A DNA stretch of 64,000 nt, taken from assembly GCF_018977255.1 (NCBI RefSeq), contig NW_024704742.1, forward strand, positions 90,460,001-90,524,000. Reading direction: 5' to 3'. Shown in pieces: positions 11,790-24,424 of the stretch. The DNA comes from Callorhinchus milii. Lineage: Eukaryota. Under the pieces are notes generated by a model. That model was not told where the DNA came from, did not search any database, and saw nothing but the letters and a program-made list of their open reading frames with translations. Both the position numbers and the translations under genes were made by a program. Numbering within the stretch: the first letter of the stretch is position 1; each line of letters starts with the position of its first letter.

Positions 11790-14300
11790 ACATCACAGTC
11801 CATGCTCCTGCCCCACTGGCCCTCCTTCCTTCATGACCTTACTGCATTAGTCACCCTCCATCAAAATTGGCTCACGAACATTCTTTATTCCCTTGCTGCC
11901 GTCATCTCCCGCATTGCCTCCTCTTCCCTAATGCACCAGCCATCTCCATTTCTCAAATCACAGGTATGTGCCTCTGAGTGCACCAGGCTTTTATCCAACC
12001 TATCTGTCCACTGTCAGATTGGGCTGGACTCCACCAAATCCTACCACACCACTCTCACCACACCTAAATTGTCCTTCTACTCCAGGATCATCCTGGAAAC
12101 CAAGGACTATCCCAGACTCCTCTTATCCACCTAAAACCAGCTCCTTCACCCACCTTCCCATGCCCTGCCCATCATCTCTTTCCCTCAGCATATCCCAGTA
12201 GCTACTGTTCCATCTCCAACTTGCGTTTCTTGCGACTTCCTCGAATGCTACCAATATGCTCTTGGCTGCATCCTCCTACCCTACGTCCCCTTCCCCCCAC
12301 CCAGATCATCTACACCGAACCCTCCATCTGCCTGCAACACATAGTAAAACTACTGTCATCACTCCCATCCTCAAAATCCCTATAATAATAAATAATCCTT
12401 GCATTTGATATAGCGCTTTTCACGTCGGGAGGACGTCCCAAAGCGCTTCACAGAACACACTGTAAAGTGAATTGACTGCATATTTGTGGGCGAACGCGAC
12501 AGCCAATTGCGCACAGCAATGTCCCACAAACAGTCGTAGATTGAAAATGACCAATTTATTATTGTTTTTGGTTTTGGAGGGATTATTATTAGGCGTGTGG
12601 AGTAAGGAAACTTGCCCAAGGTTTCGCCCTGCCTGGAACCTTGACCCCTCCAGCCTTACAAATTACAGACCCATTTCCAACCTGTCCTTCCTTGCTAAAA
12701 CTGTGTAACTCATTGTCACAAACCAGCTTTGCTCACACCTCTCCCTCCACTCTGTCCTCAAGCTCCTCCTGGCTGCTCTGTACCTCAACTAATCCTTTCA
12801 ATTCCAATTTCCCGGTTCTGCTCTGCCCATAGCACAGAGACGGCGCTTGTCCATGTCACAAATGACATCCTCTCTCTCTGTGACCAGGGACCCCTCTACT
12901 TTCTCATCCTACTGGATCTTTTCTCTGCATTTGACATAATAAACCATACTATCCTCCTCCACCGCTTTTCTTTCATCATCCACCTTGGTGGGACCTCACT
13001 ATCCTGGTTCAAGTCCAAACTATCAAACCGTCTTCACAGTGTGTCTTCAAATGGTTTCTCCTCCCGTCTCCAGCCCGGTCACCTGTGGTCTAGTCCAGGA
13101 CTCCATCCTTGGCCCCCTCCTCTTCCTTATCTACATGCTCTCTCTTGGCAATGTCATCTGCAGAGAGGGGGTAAGCTTCCACATGTATGTGGATGACACA
13201 CAAATCTCTTTCTCCTCCTCCAGCTGTGATTCCAGGTCCACCGATGTTCTGTCGGCTTGTCTGGCAGATATCAGGGCCTGGATGAGCAAAACCTTCCTAC
13301 AACTAAATGTCGACAAGACGAAAGGCATACTCCTTGGCTCCCATCAACGTCTTCTATCCTGCGGCTTTGACCTCTTTAACCTCTCCGGGCTATCCCTCAG
13401 ACTTACTGAACTGGCGCGAAACCTAAGCATCAGGTTCGACCCACAGCTGTTCTTCTTTCCCCACATCTGATCCCTGACCAGGACCGCCTCCTCCTCCACC
13501 CCCGCCACATTGCCCACCTCTGACCGTATCTTATCCCAGAACCAGTCGAAACACTCATCCATGCATTCGTCACCTCCTGACTCGACTTTGCAAATGCCCT
13601 CTTTGTCGGTCTCCCAAGTTCCACCAGGCAAAGGATCCAGCTGATCCAAAACTCCGTCGCCCATATATGCACCCATACTAAACTCCATACTCCCATCACA
13701 CCAGTTCTAGCCAGGCTCCATTGGCTCCCTGTCACCGAACGGATCGATTTCAAGATCCTCACATTTGTTTTCAAATCCCTTCATGCCCTGGCACTTCCTT
13801 ACCTCTCCGATTTGCTTACTCCCCAACTATCCGCTTGACTGGCTCTGGGCTCCTGCATGTCCCTTGTGCCCCCTGTTCCCCATCAGTGGCTGCACTTTCA
13901 GTCACTATGCCCTGAAATTCTGGAACACTGTAACTCTATCCCTCCACCTTGCCCTTCCTTCCTCATCTTCAGATCGTCCCTGAAGAACTTCTCTTTGATG
14001 GTGCCTACGCTCATCTCTCACTCCCTCCACTTAGCGAGCACTGGCCTGCTTCACAACCCCACCTTTCCTGCTCAACCAATGGCGGTCAGATGTTTCTGCC
14101 CCCACTGTCTGGAACTCCATCCCAGAGTCCCTTCACCTCACCCCTTCCCTCATATCGGTCAAGGTCCGCCTCAAAACATTCCAGATTCAGCCATCTTCCC
14201 CCAACCCCCAAACCCAGCAGAAGTGCAAACCCTGGACATTCCAGCACCTTGAGAATTGCTCCTGACGTGAAAAGCTCTCTATAAATGTAAATTTCAATGC
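11790..14300 (+). mobile_element. L2 LINE ORF2 remnant, interrupted by a SINE and ending in two tandem 3' ends
   Basis: Encodes LDPSSLTNYRPISNL, HSTETAL, LDLFSAFD, LGPLLFLIY and MYVDDTQ with frameshifts. The C-terminal segment occurs twice (about 13870-14010 and 14040-14300). Confidence 0.9.
12383..12638 (-). mobile_element. Young SINE, 5'-truncated, nested in L2
   Basis: Splits the L2 TPILK-P / TLDPSSLTNYRP motif. Confidence 0.95.
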
Positions 14301-15731
14301 CATTTGAGTGCACCATTGTTACTTCCCCTTTAAGTACGTTGTGTGATCAGATGTAATATAATTATTGTAGCTGGTTTATTAAATCACTTAAAATTCTGAA
14401 ACTTGTACTGACCCTGAAAGTCTTGCATGTCTTTGGTAATGAATCACTGCTGCATCATATGCAGCTGCCTTGCGGCTAAGTATGTGTCTCGCATAAAGAA
14501 GGAATTACATTCTAATTTAAGTGTGCCTCAGAACATGCATGTTTAGCATACAGAATGAATAGTATAAAATTGCTGCTTGGTTTAAAGTGTATTTGGTCCT
14601 CCCCTTAATGATTGGTTCATTAGGTATTTTAGTCACTGTCTGGCTGTGAATCGACATGGTGACTAACTGTGGGATGTGCGAGTTTGAAATAATTACTGCA
14701 ACAATAGGGGGAACGATAGAATAACCATACCATTAGCACAGCCAGGGCAGCTTTATCACTTACCTTGAAAAACAATACTTGCCTGGATATTGGAAAAAAA
14801 TCTGATTTACTTCATGTAAAAAATTAGCAATGCCTCTTTCTCTAAAATTACAAACACGCCAGTGTTATCAATACTAATATTGTGTTAAATTGGCAGCCAT
14901 TGATGTCCTGTATTATGCCATGTACTCCAATGCAGGATGGTGTGAACAATGAGTCAGAATTCAGAATAACATAATATGCCAGAATGTTTCACATACATAC
15001 GTGAAAATGCGTTGATGCAAAAAGAGGTGATGTATGCATTCAATAAGGAACATGATGCATGCCGAATGGCAGTGCACAAAACATCCTGCATTAAAAGAAG
15101 CTGCAGTAAGCAAAGCATATGATTACCCAATTAGCCATAAACACCAAATTTTGCTTGGAATGGTTGATTCATGAATTTATTGAGTTCAGTTACGAGGAGC
15201 ATGATGGTAGGAGAATGCTCCTATTTTGGAGGAAGGCAAATTAAGAAGAGGTTGAAAGAGAAGAAAGGAACAGCTTCACCAATATTTATTCCGGAAATCT
15301 GAATATCTTATTATTATTGTGAGGAGATACAAATAATTATGCAGCTTTCAGTTATTGCACTAATTTGATTACAAGGCATCTCACTTTCACAAGTTCCATA
15401 ATGTGTTGTGCTGGAGGAGACTTATTGTAACACACTTTGTTATAATCTGCAGAATCTTGTATCATGAGAGGAATAGCTAATGAAGGCAGATGGAATACAG
15501 TTCTGGAGTACTGAATGATATATTAAACTTTGCAAATAGGATAGAGCAAATTGAAATTTTAATTTGATATAATGGATGTTTTAAAGGAAGATCATGTTCA
15601 CATTTGATGCTACAATTTAACATTGCACCGTGATGCTCTGTTATACAGGGAGGATAGATAGAAATTAATCTATTAAAAGGTTAGAACACTTCTGCTAACA
15701 TCTAGCCTGCAATAGCTCTCGATTAATGTTT

Positions 15732-16222
15732 ACAACAACAACAACAAAATTACATTTGTAAAGCGCCTTTCACGTCGGGAGGACGTACCAAGAAATTGAA
15801 CAGTCAGGGATCAGGACCCGATGTGGGGGTGCAAGGTTGGGTTGAGGGAGGGCAGAGAGGTAGGAGGGCGGCTGAAGGCACGGTCGAAAAGGAAGGTCTT
15901 GAGTCATACCTTGAAGGAGGCAAGAGAGAGAGCAAAGGGATTGCTGGATGGAGATTCAAAGGGTGGGGGCAGAGAAGCTAAAAGCCCGGCCACTGATGGT
16001 AGGGTGGGTCGGGTGGAAGACATGGAACAGGCTGAAGTCTGCTGAATGGAGGGAACAGACAGGTTGATAGGGGGTTAGCAGGTCAGAGAGGTAGGAGGGG
16101 ACAAGGCTGTGGAGGGCCTTGAAAGTGAGGATGAGGATTTTGAATTCTATCCTCTGAGGGATGGGGAGCCAGTGGAGCCGGGCGAGGGTGGGGGTGATGG
16201 GATCACGGAGTCTGGTGTGGGA
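15732..16222 (-). mobile_element. L2 3' fragment
   Basis: Colinear with 9229-9730, with a (TTG)n tail. Confidence 0.9.
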
Positions 16223-17329
16223 GAGGACATGAGAAAGGACAGCTCAGGAGCAACAGGAGATGGAAGTGAGTTGGGTGGTGGTAGGGAGAGGGATTGAGGA
16301 GTTAAAGGAGATTGTTGATTAACAATTGTTAATAGGTGAATTGATCAAATGTAATAACATTTCTAGGACCATAGTGGTAAGAGAACGCTCCAATATTTGG
16401 GGCGGGTAAATCAGGATGAGGCATAAACCCATTCTGGAGGACAATACTAATGATGGTTAATATGGGGCAATATTGACAGCAGCCATGTAAGTGTAGCTCA
16501 GTGTCTGCCCTCCACCTTGAAGAGGGCAAGAAAACAGATGAAGACAATAAAGAGGGTCAGTTATATGTATTTCACAAATAACAACTTTCAGTTTCCAACA
16601 TTGCCATTCAGCTGCTTGTTTGGATTCCAAGCAGGTAATGAGGTTGGAGTCCTTTTTGACTGGTTAAGGCAGTTGTGTTGAATAAGGCAGATGACTTGAT
16701 TTCAGAAGTTAGTTCCATACCAATCACTGTGCACATATTACTTTATATTACTTTATAGAGATGCAGTTAACTGGTCTTAATTGAATGATTGCACACAAGG
16801 AAAGGGGGGCTATGTGCCCTGCAGTCTTTATCCTGGCTGAGATTTTCATCACAGCAGGTTATATTGTAACAGGTTTGAGAAAGAATGCAGAGAGAAGATA
16901 GCCATTTAGAATTGTAAATATGCAATATTTATTGTAGGACAACAGGTAATAGGTCCTCAAAGTGGAGAGAATGACTACCTCACACTGCATTTCTATAACA
17001 GGGGAAAGGGGGAAAACACAGAATCAGACTCCCTTGCCATTCTCTGAATCCTGATTTACCAAAGTTACCATCAAAGCCAGCTACAAGGTCGTATTCCCAT
17101 GGATCAATACTGATGGGTTTCCCCATAGCCTCGCAATCCCAATTAGAGCTGACACCAGCATCTCAATTACACTCCTGAACTATCACTCCTGGATTTGCTG
17201 TTAACCGGCGTTCCATAAAACTACTGCTCTCACTGGGAGGTTCATTTCTTCTCCTTTTTTCTTCTTCTGACCTTTGTCCAATCCCCTTTACCCTTTCCTT
17301 CCGCCTATTACAATTGGTCTGAACTGCAA

Positions 17330-17613
17330 TGCCTGTTTACCTAGCAGTAAGTAGGAACCCGGTTGTTAGCCAATTGATGGATCGCTTTCTGGGGGTAATA
17401 ATCCCTCCAAAATAATAAAATAATAATAATATTTTGGTCACTCAATCTACAACTGTTTGTGGGATACTGATGTGTGCAATTGGTTGCCATGTTTCACGCA
17501 CAAAGTATACCGTCAATTCAGTTTACAATATATTCAATGAAGTACTTTGAGACGTCTCAATGACATGATAAGACACTATATCAAATGCAAGGATTATTAT
17601 TATTATTATTATT
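17330..17613 (+). mobile_element. SINE, intermediate subfamily
   Basis: Middle segment GTAAGTAGGAACCCGGTTGTTAG, core and tail. Confidence 0.88.
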
Positions 17614-19979
17614 AATGCCTCTATGCTTTCTAAAGCTTCAGAGTCAACAAACATTTCAGCTGTTGGCAGCCATTTCACCCAGAGCTTGCATTAGAGCACT
17701 GGAATATGATCTTATAATAATACTTCCATCCTACTGTTAATTACGTTATTCCTGGCTCGTATTTTTGAATGTTACAAACTGATATTTTAATTTTTATTTA
17801 ATTTTTATTTGTAGGTTTTTGAGGGTGAGAAGGGGCAAGGTAATGCATCCACAGGTGTTTGAGTTCATTTGCAGTGCAATGTAACATTCCCCCCAAAATA
17901 AAATCTTCTTTTAAAAAAACTGAATGGTTTTTGTCTGCAATATTACATAGCCTACAAAATACACAGTCACTAGTAATAATAATAATAATTATTAGCATTG
18001 GTACAGCATCTTATTACTTTGTTGAGGTGTCTCAAAACACTTCACGGGATATACTGAAAAGTTCACCCCCAAAATACACAGTTATATCCTGTGAAGCGCT
18101 TTGAGACATTCCCCTGACATGAAAAGTGCTATATGAAATGCAAAAACTATGATAAATATATTGTAAAATGGCCAACAAAGGAACTGAAACTGCACTGATG
18201 CAGTAGCCCGTTGCCAAAAGGAAATGCTCTTTGTATACACTCTGAGATAGATATGAGTAAACTGTGTACCCATTGGATTTCTAGAGATGTCAAACAGTGA
18301 TAAGAAAGCAATTACTCACCATTGTTTGGTATGTGCCTTTCAGGGCCTTGGGACGTCCTCTTGACGTGCAGGGGCTCTAGAAATGTAATTTTGTTGTTGT
18401 TGATGTGCTGGAATGTGATGAGATGGGAATGCCGATTATCTTGATATATTACTTTAAGAAACATTCTCTTGGGTCTGTAGTTTAATTTTGTTGTGCAATA
18501 TTCAATTAAAAAAACTAACTGAATGCTTAGCATTTAGAACTAAATACCAATAACCTTAAACCATTATTATTCACTTTATTATTTTTATTCATTTGAATCT
18601 CTCTATTTCCTTCCCATTATCTCTTGTTCTTCCTGCCCCTGAGGCGCCACCTAGGGTGAAGGGCGCTATATAAATCCAAGTTGTTGTTGTTGCCCCCAAG
18701 CTTTCTGCTGCACATTACATCTGTGACTAGAGAGTAGACTGGCAAGCCAGAAGGCCCTTTAGTCCCCGGTTCTTGGAAATGTGTCACAATCTCTCCTAAT
18801 AGATCCCTCTCTTTCCAATTGTCCTTCTCCTTTCCCCGGCTGCCTGACATCAACAACAACAACTTGCATTTATATAGCGCCCATCACATGGGTAGTATGT
18901 TGGAGTGCTTGACATCAATCTTGCAGACAACTGCTTATACCACAAAGCAACCATAACGTAAACGCAACCACAAAAACAAATTCCACTGGAAAAGACTTTA
19001 ATTTTAATAATAAATGATTTTAAAAATAATTTCAACCTTTAAAAAAAATATCCTTCAGCTTTGAGGTTTTAGCCCACTCTTCCCACCTACCCATCCTAAT
19101 TTATTGATGTTTGTCCATTGAGTTGTGTTCTTCATGTAATAAATGATAGAGGTTCTGAAGGTTTACCCACCACCAGCTAATGTGAGTGTAACACAAATTC
19201 CAAGCTTGCCTTAGATTGAATTTGCCCATAAAATATACAGTTAATTCAATTCACAGTATATTCTGTGAAGCGCTTTGAGATGTCTCAAAGAAGTGATAAG
19301 GCGTTATATCAAATGCAAGGAATATTATTATTCTTAATAATGCTCTTTAAAGAAAAGTTAACTATCTTTGTCAGCTTTTCCCACACTCTCCATCTGTAGG
19401 TTAAACGAGACCAATGCCATATTTAAAGACAATTTCGCACCACAAATGTGGGCTTAGTTTAGTTGACACTATAATTTCATTTTGAGGCTGAAACCAATTT
19501 AAACTGCTGACAACAATTTGATTTATATTGTACTGCCTTTAAGCCAGAAAAAACATTATTATTTGAACAGAACTAAAGTAACAGATTTTTATATTACATT
19601 TGCTATTGTAAATCGTAGTGAGTATTACACAGATAGGTTATTAGGCAGCTCCAATCTATGTCAATCTTTTGTAGTAAACATTTTTCCTCGTGCTCATACC
19701 AGCCTTATTACCAGGGACAATTTACACAGTATAATAATTATTATGAGGACAGAATTTGCGATCCTTCATGTTCCAGTACTTAACAACTGCTTGTGAATTT
19801 CCTAGGCCGGAGGCCTTCTGCCAATCAGGAATATTATAAATCTAGGTAAGGCAGAGCCAGGATTCCCGCATTTCTTCACCAGAGTGACTGAAAAATAACT
19901 CTCACTTTAAAAATTCCAAGTCGAAAAGAAGGCTAGAATTTGAAAAGATAAACTGCTCACATGCTTACGTTTCAAGATA

Positions 19980-20271
19980 GTAATTCTTGCATTTAATATA
20001 ACGCCTTATCACATCTTCGAGATGTCTCTAAGCACTTCACAGAATATACTGTAAAGTGAATTTACTGTATATATTTTGTGGGCGATAAACAGCAGTGAAT
20101 TGAGTGACAAATTTATTATTTTTTTAAGGAATTATTACCCCTGGAAAAGCAATCCGCCAATTGACTAATAACCCGGGTTCCTACTTACTCCTAGGTAAAC
20201 AGAGACATGTGGAGCAAGGAAACTTGTCCAACGTTTTGCCCTGCCGGGAATCAAACCCAGGTCTCTCGCTT
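19980..20271 (-). mobile_element. SINE, intermediate subfamily
   Basis: Reverse-complement tail, middle segment and partial head. Confidence 0.88.
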
Positions 20272-20289
20272 GTGATAATAATAAAAATA

Positions 20290-20473
20290 AAATAATAATA
20301 CTTTGGTCACTTCAATCGACGACTGTTTGTGGGATGTTGCTGTGCGCAATTGGCCGCCGCGTTTTGCCCACAAAATATACAATCAATTCACTTTACAGTA
20401 TATTCTGTGAAGCAATTTGAGACAGCTTGAAGACATAATAAGGGGCTATGTCAAATGCAAGGATTATTATTAT
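20290..20473 (+). mobile_element. SINE 3' half
   Basis: Core and tail, abutting the inverted copy upstream. Confidence 0.88.
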
Positions 20474-21539
20474 GAAGTGATGTGAGACTGCATATATATT
20501 GTGGGTGAACCATGAGTTTTCATGAACTGCAATAAACAGACTTCCATATTAAGACTGAATTCAAGAATTTTCCACAATCCTGCAGGAAGTTCACTTTCAA
20601 GAAAAAATGGCTCGGATGAGGAGGAATTTTGAGCTACACATGTTAAGGACCTGTAACGCAACAGCCAGATTAAATGAAGCACATTTTATGTTAAGACTGG
20701 GGTTCAGAGATTGAGTAAATATCATTCTCAAAAGGTGATTGGTGAGATGATACAATGAAAATTAATACAAATAATAGATTATAAATACAAATAATGAATT
20801 TGAGATATCAGCGATGTCAGAATAAGCTAATTACTGAGGATACGTGTATCCTAGAGACAGCTTAACAAAATACAGCATGAAATGATCTTTTGGGCTGGAT
20901 CATCTAAGTTAGTTTTAATTCATTTTATAACAATAAATAATAATCACCCTTGCATTTGATATCGTGCCTTTTCACATTATCAAAACTTTTCATAGGGTTT
21001 TTACAGGAATATTACTGTAATGTTTGTAGTGAATGTAATTTTAAGCAAACAAAGCGGTTTCACAGTCTCTGATGAGACATTGCTTGCCGTGCAGCTGAAG
21101 AACAATTGAAAACAGTCCAAAGATTTTATTTTTCATCACTGGATTTTTTTTAAAATCAGAAGGTTTTACACCGTTACTTACAGCCTCATTGTGTCTGTAG
21201 TTATCAAACGTAAACTATCCCACTTATTCATACTGCAAACTGCCCTTAGACATGATGTTGATAAATTACATGCATGCGACTCTGATATTGCAACCAGAAC
21301 CCCTGAAATTACATTTTTAAATTGTTTGTTAAGCTCAATCATCAAGCAAGACTCTAAAAAAACATACAGCAATTTGGATGGACGATTCAGTGTTTCCTTT
21401 TGAATATTTCCTCTGTGCATCCTTCACAAATTTGGTTCTTTACTGCCCTCTAGTGATTGGTGTGAACTGGGCAGGTCCTCGACCACTTGTGCACGTCTCT
21501 TAAAGAAGCTCAGAATTTGTAGCAACACTTTCACAAAAC

Positions 21540-21897
21540 TTAACAATCCTTGCATTTGATATGTCACCTATAATGTCAAGCACATCTCAAAGTATTTTGC
21601 AAAGTGTCTGTAAAGTGTAGTAACTGTGTATTTATGGACAAATGTGGCAGTCAATTTGCACACAAATCAATATTCAAATAGCCCTGAAGTGAATGACCAA
21701 TTTTATTTGGGAAATTGCTGGCCATGACATTGGGAGAAACTCCCTTCTCTTTCCAAATAGTGTTGCAGGATCTTTAGCATTTACCTAAACAGGCAAATGG
21801 GATTTCGGTTTAACGTCTCATCTGAAGGACAGTATCTCCGACAATGCAGCATATCCTCAGCACTGCACTGGGTGGTACCTACTGAGCCAGACTGACA
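21540..21897 (-). mobile_element. Old long Deu-domain SINE (SacSINE1/AmnSINE1-like)
   Basis: Reverse complement contains CAGTGCAGTGCTGAGG...TTCAGATGAGACGTTAAACCGA...AAAGATCC, typical of the Deu domain. Confidence 0.8.
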
Positions 21898-23589
21898 CCA
21901 AATACAGGCGTAAATACAGACTCTAAATACAGTCATAAGATTATTAAATCCATGATCATGATGATGAAATGATATCCAGAGTTCACCATTTGGTACAGTG
22001 CCTGTTGATAACTATCATTTTTGAGCACAATAGTATAATCAAAAATAATCTGCTTCATTTCTTATATACTGCTCCAGCAGAGGACCAATAAATGCTTCAG
22101 ATTCCCTGGGGTTATCACAGCCAAGGGAATATGAAGTACCAGAAACATCCATAGCATGGAATTTTACAAAATATTTACTGCAACGTCTTCTTATGTAGCA
22201 CCATTTACATACAATAAAAATGTCTCAATGTGTTTGAAGTATGTGCACAGAGCAGGGAGAAACTGACTGTTAAGTGCTCCGAGATGCTATCCTCCATAAA
22301 GGGTTCTATAAAAATGAAAATTGTTGTTGTTGATCGTTGAGTAAAGGCATATGTTTTTCCTTCCTTGCCTCAGCCATCTTCCTGATCTCACCTTCCTGAA
22401 CTCAGGTGCAAATTTTTGACTGTTCAGCGCCTTGGGACATCCTCACAATGTGAAAGGCACTATCCAAATCAAATTGGTGGCTGTTGTTTTCCTGAAGGCT
22501 TTGAAGAGAGTGAGAGTGGTTTTGGAAGAGAGGTCCAGAGGGCAAGCCACCTTGCCTCATTCAGCCACCAATGGAAGGAGTGATGAACAATCAATATTTA
22601 ACAATGTGAAAACCATTGAGCGCCCCAATCCAGTATTTTGCATATGCCGTGTCTGATAGCGTCACTACTGGGGTATCACCACAGGCCATCTGGTGAATGT
22701 GCAGTCACTGAGGATCATCAACTTTTAGCAAATGCTCAGGCTGAGTATTCAAGTTCTGGGCTCTATCGCTAGATCTACCATCTAGCCTGAGAACATGTAC
22801 AACATTATAACATTGAATTAAATAGAATTAAATATCTAACTGACATGTTGAATGGTTCAGGAACTGTACATGTGACAAGTAGTACAAAATGACAGGGGAA
22901 AGCCAGTTTCAGTTATAATTGAATACCATCCATAAGCACTACCTTTTTCACTCGCTAAGCATAATCTGCATTTACCGTGCCATTTAGTTATACAAGAGTT
23001 TAAACATTATTGCATTTATTATGTGCTTATTAGAACATTCACAAAGCAGTTGTAGCAGGAGATAATAAAAAAGGCAACAGATACCTTGACAGTGAGTTAC
23101 AAGGTCTCAATTCACTCAAGTGGAGATGGCAAAATCATGAACCATAAAGGTGAAACCTATGTGGTTTACAGATTAAAAATAAACTCAGGATTGAACTGCA
23201 GCTTTAAGCATCCTTAAAAATATAGTGCATGATCCAGGTGCAGCTTAAACACTGATGGGAGAAATCTTTTGCCAGACACACGCTTGCTTTGTAGTCTGAT
23301 ACATACACACAGTTATTATATTTTAACAGCTTTTCCCTCAGAGATTGTTTGCTACTTTTCTTTAAGGTGCTGTCAGGTGCATTGTGATCAGTTAGGATGC
23401 AGAAGCAATGTATGTAATGAGAGAATCATCTTGCACTGATGAAAGACACTCCTGAAGGGTCAACCTCAGAGGTTATGTATGCAGTAGTTTATATATACAG
23501 CTGAGAGATTATCCCCAAGCTGTTGGTGGTGCTTTTTAACTCAACTGATATTCATTAAATTCAGCTTGTGCTCCAGTCTCAGCACACAT

Positions 23590-23810
23590 AAGATCACAAG
23601 AGAGGTTCGGATGAAGACAGTCCTACAGCCCACTTGATGTCATCCTTCCTGAATATCTGCTCTACCGCCTCCCTTCACAAATATCAAGCTTTTTTTAAAA
23701 TCAGTCCAGCATTCTGGCTTCAACCTATTCCAGTCGTTAATTATCCTCTAGGTAAAGAAATACATCCTGGATTCTGATGGTGCATTTTATAGTTCCGTTC
23801 TCTACTTATG
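23590..23810 (-). mobile_element. Very old CR1 3' fragment
   Basis: Resembles the reverse-complement CR1 ends at about 39360-39540 and 50370-50560. Confidence 0.5.
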
Positions 23811-23880
23811 CTTTGGACAACTATAGTAGTAATACTTTTAACAATAATATTAATCTTTGCATTTGATATAACAACAAACT

Positions 23881-24255
23881 TGGAGTCCTGTAGCTCAGTG
23901 GTTAGAGCGCTCGCCCCGCAAACGGGAGACCTAGGTTCAATTCCTGAGCAGGGCGAAACAGTGGGCAAGTTTCCTTACTCCACATGCATCTGTTTACCTA
24001 ACAGTAAGTAGGAACCCGGTTGTTAGTCGATTGGCAGATCACTATTCCCGGATAATAATTCTTTCAAAAAATAATAATAATAATAAATTGGTCACTAAAT
24101 CCACGACTGTTTGTGGGACACTGTTGTGTGCAATTGGCTGCTGTGTTTTGCCCACAAATATACAGTCAATTCACTTTACAGCATATTCTGTGAAGCGCTT
24201 TGAGACGTCTTGAAGATTTGATAAGGCACTATATCAAATGCAAGGATTATTATTA
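23881..24255 (+). mobile_element. Full-length SINE, intermediate subfamily
   Basis: Head TGGAGTCCTGTAGCTCAGTGG, middle segment, core and tail. Confidence 0.93.
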
Positions 24256-24424
24256 ACATTTCCATAGCAACCCTCACATAGAGTATCGTTCCAGAGTGCT
24301 TGACAGTGGCAGAGCACAACGCCGAGCCGGGGGGAGGTGACCGTAGCGTTTCGGGGCATAGTTGCTGAAAGCTCAGTTTAACAGAGGACACAAGGAACAT
24401 CTAGAAGGCTGGAATCATTCGAGC

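Noticed and set aside
21178..21420. Bidirectional ORFs of about 70-80 aa with a nearby GTAAGT donor
   Set aside because: No homology recognised and within chance expectation for this ORF length.
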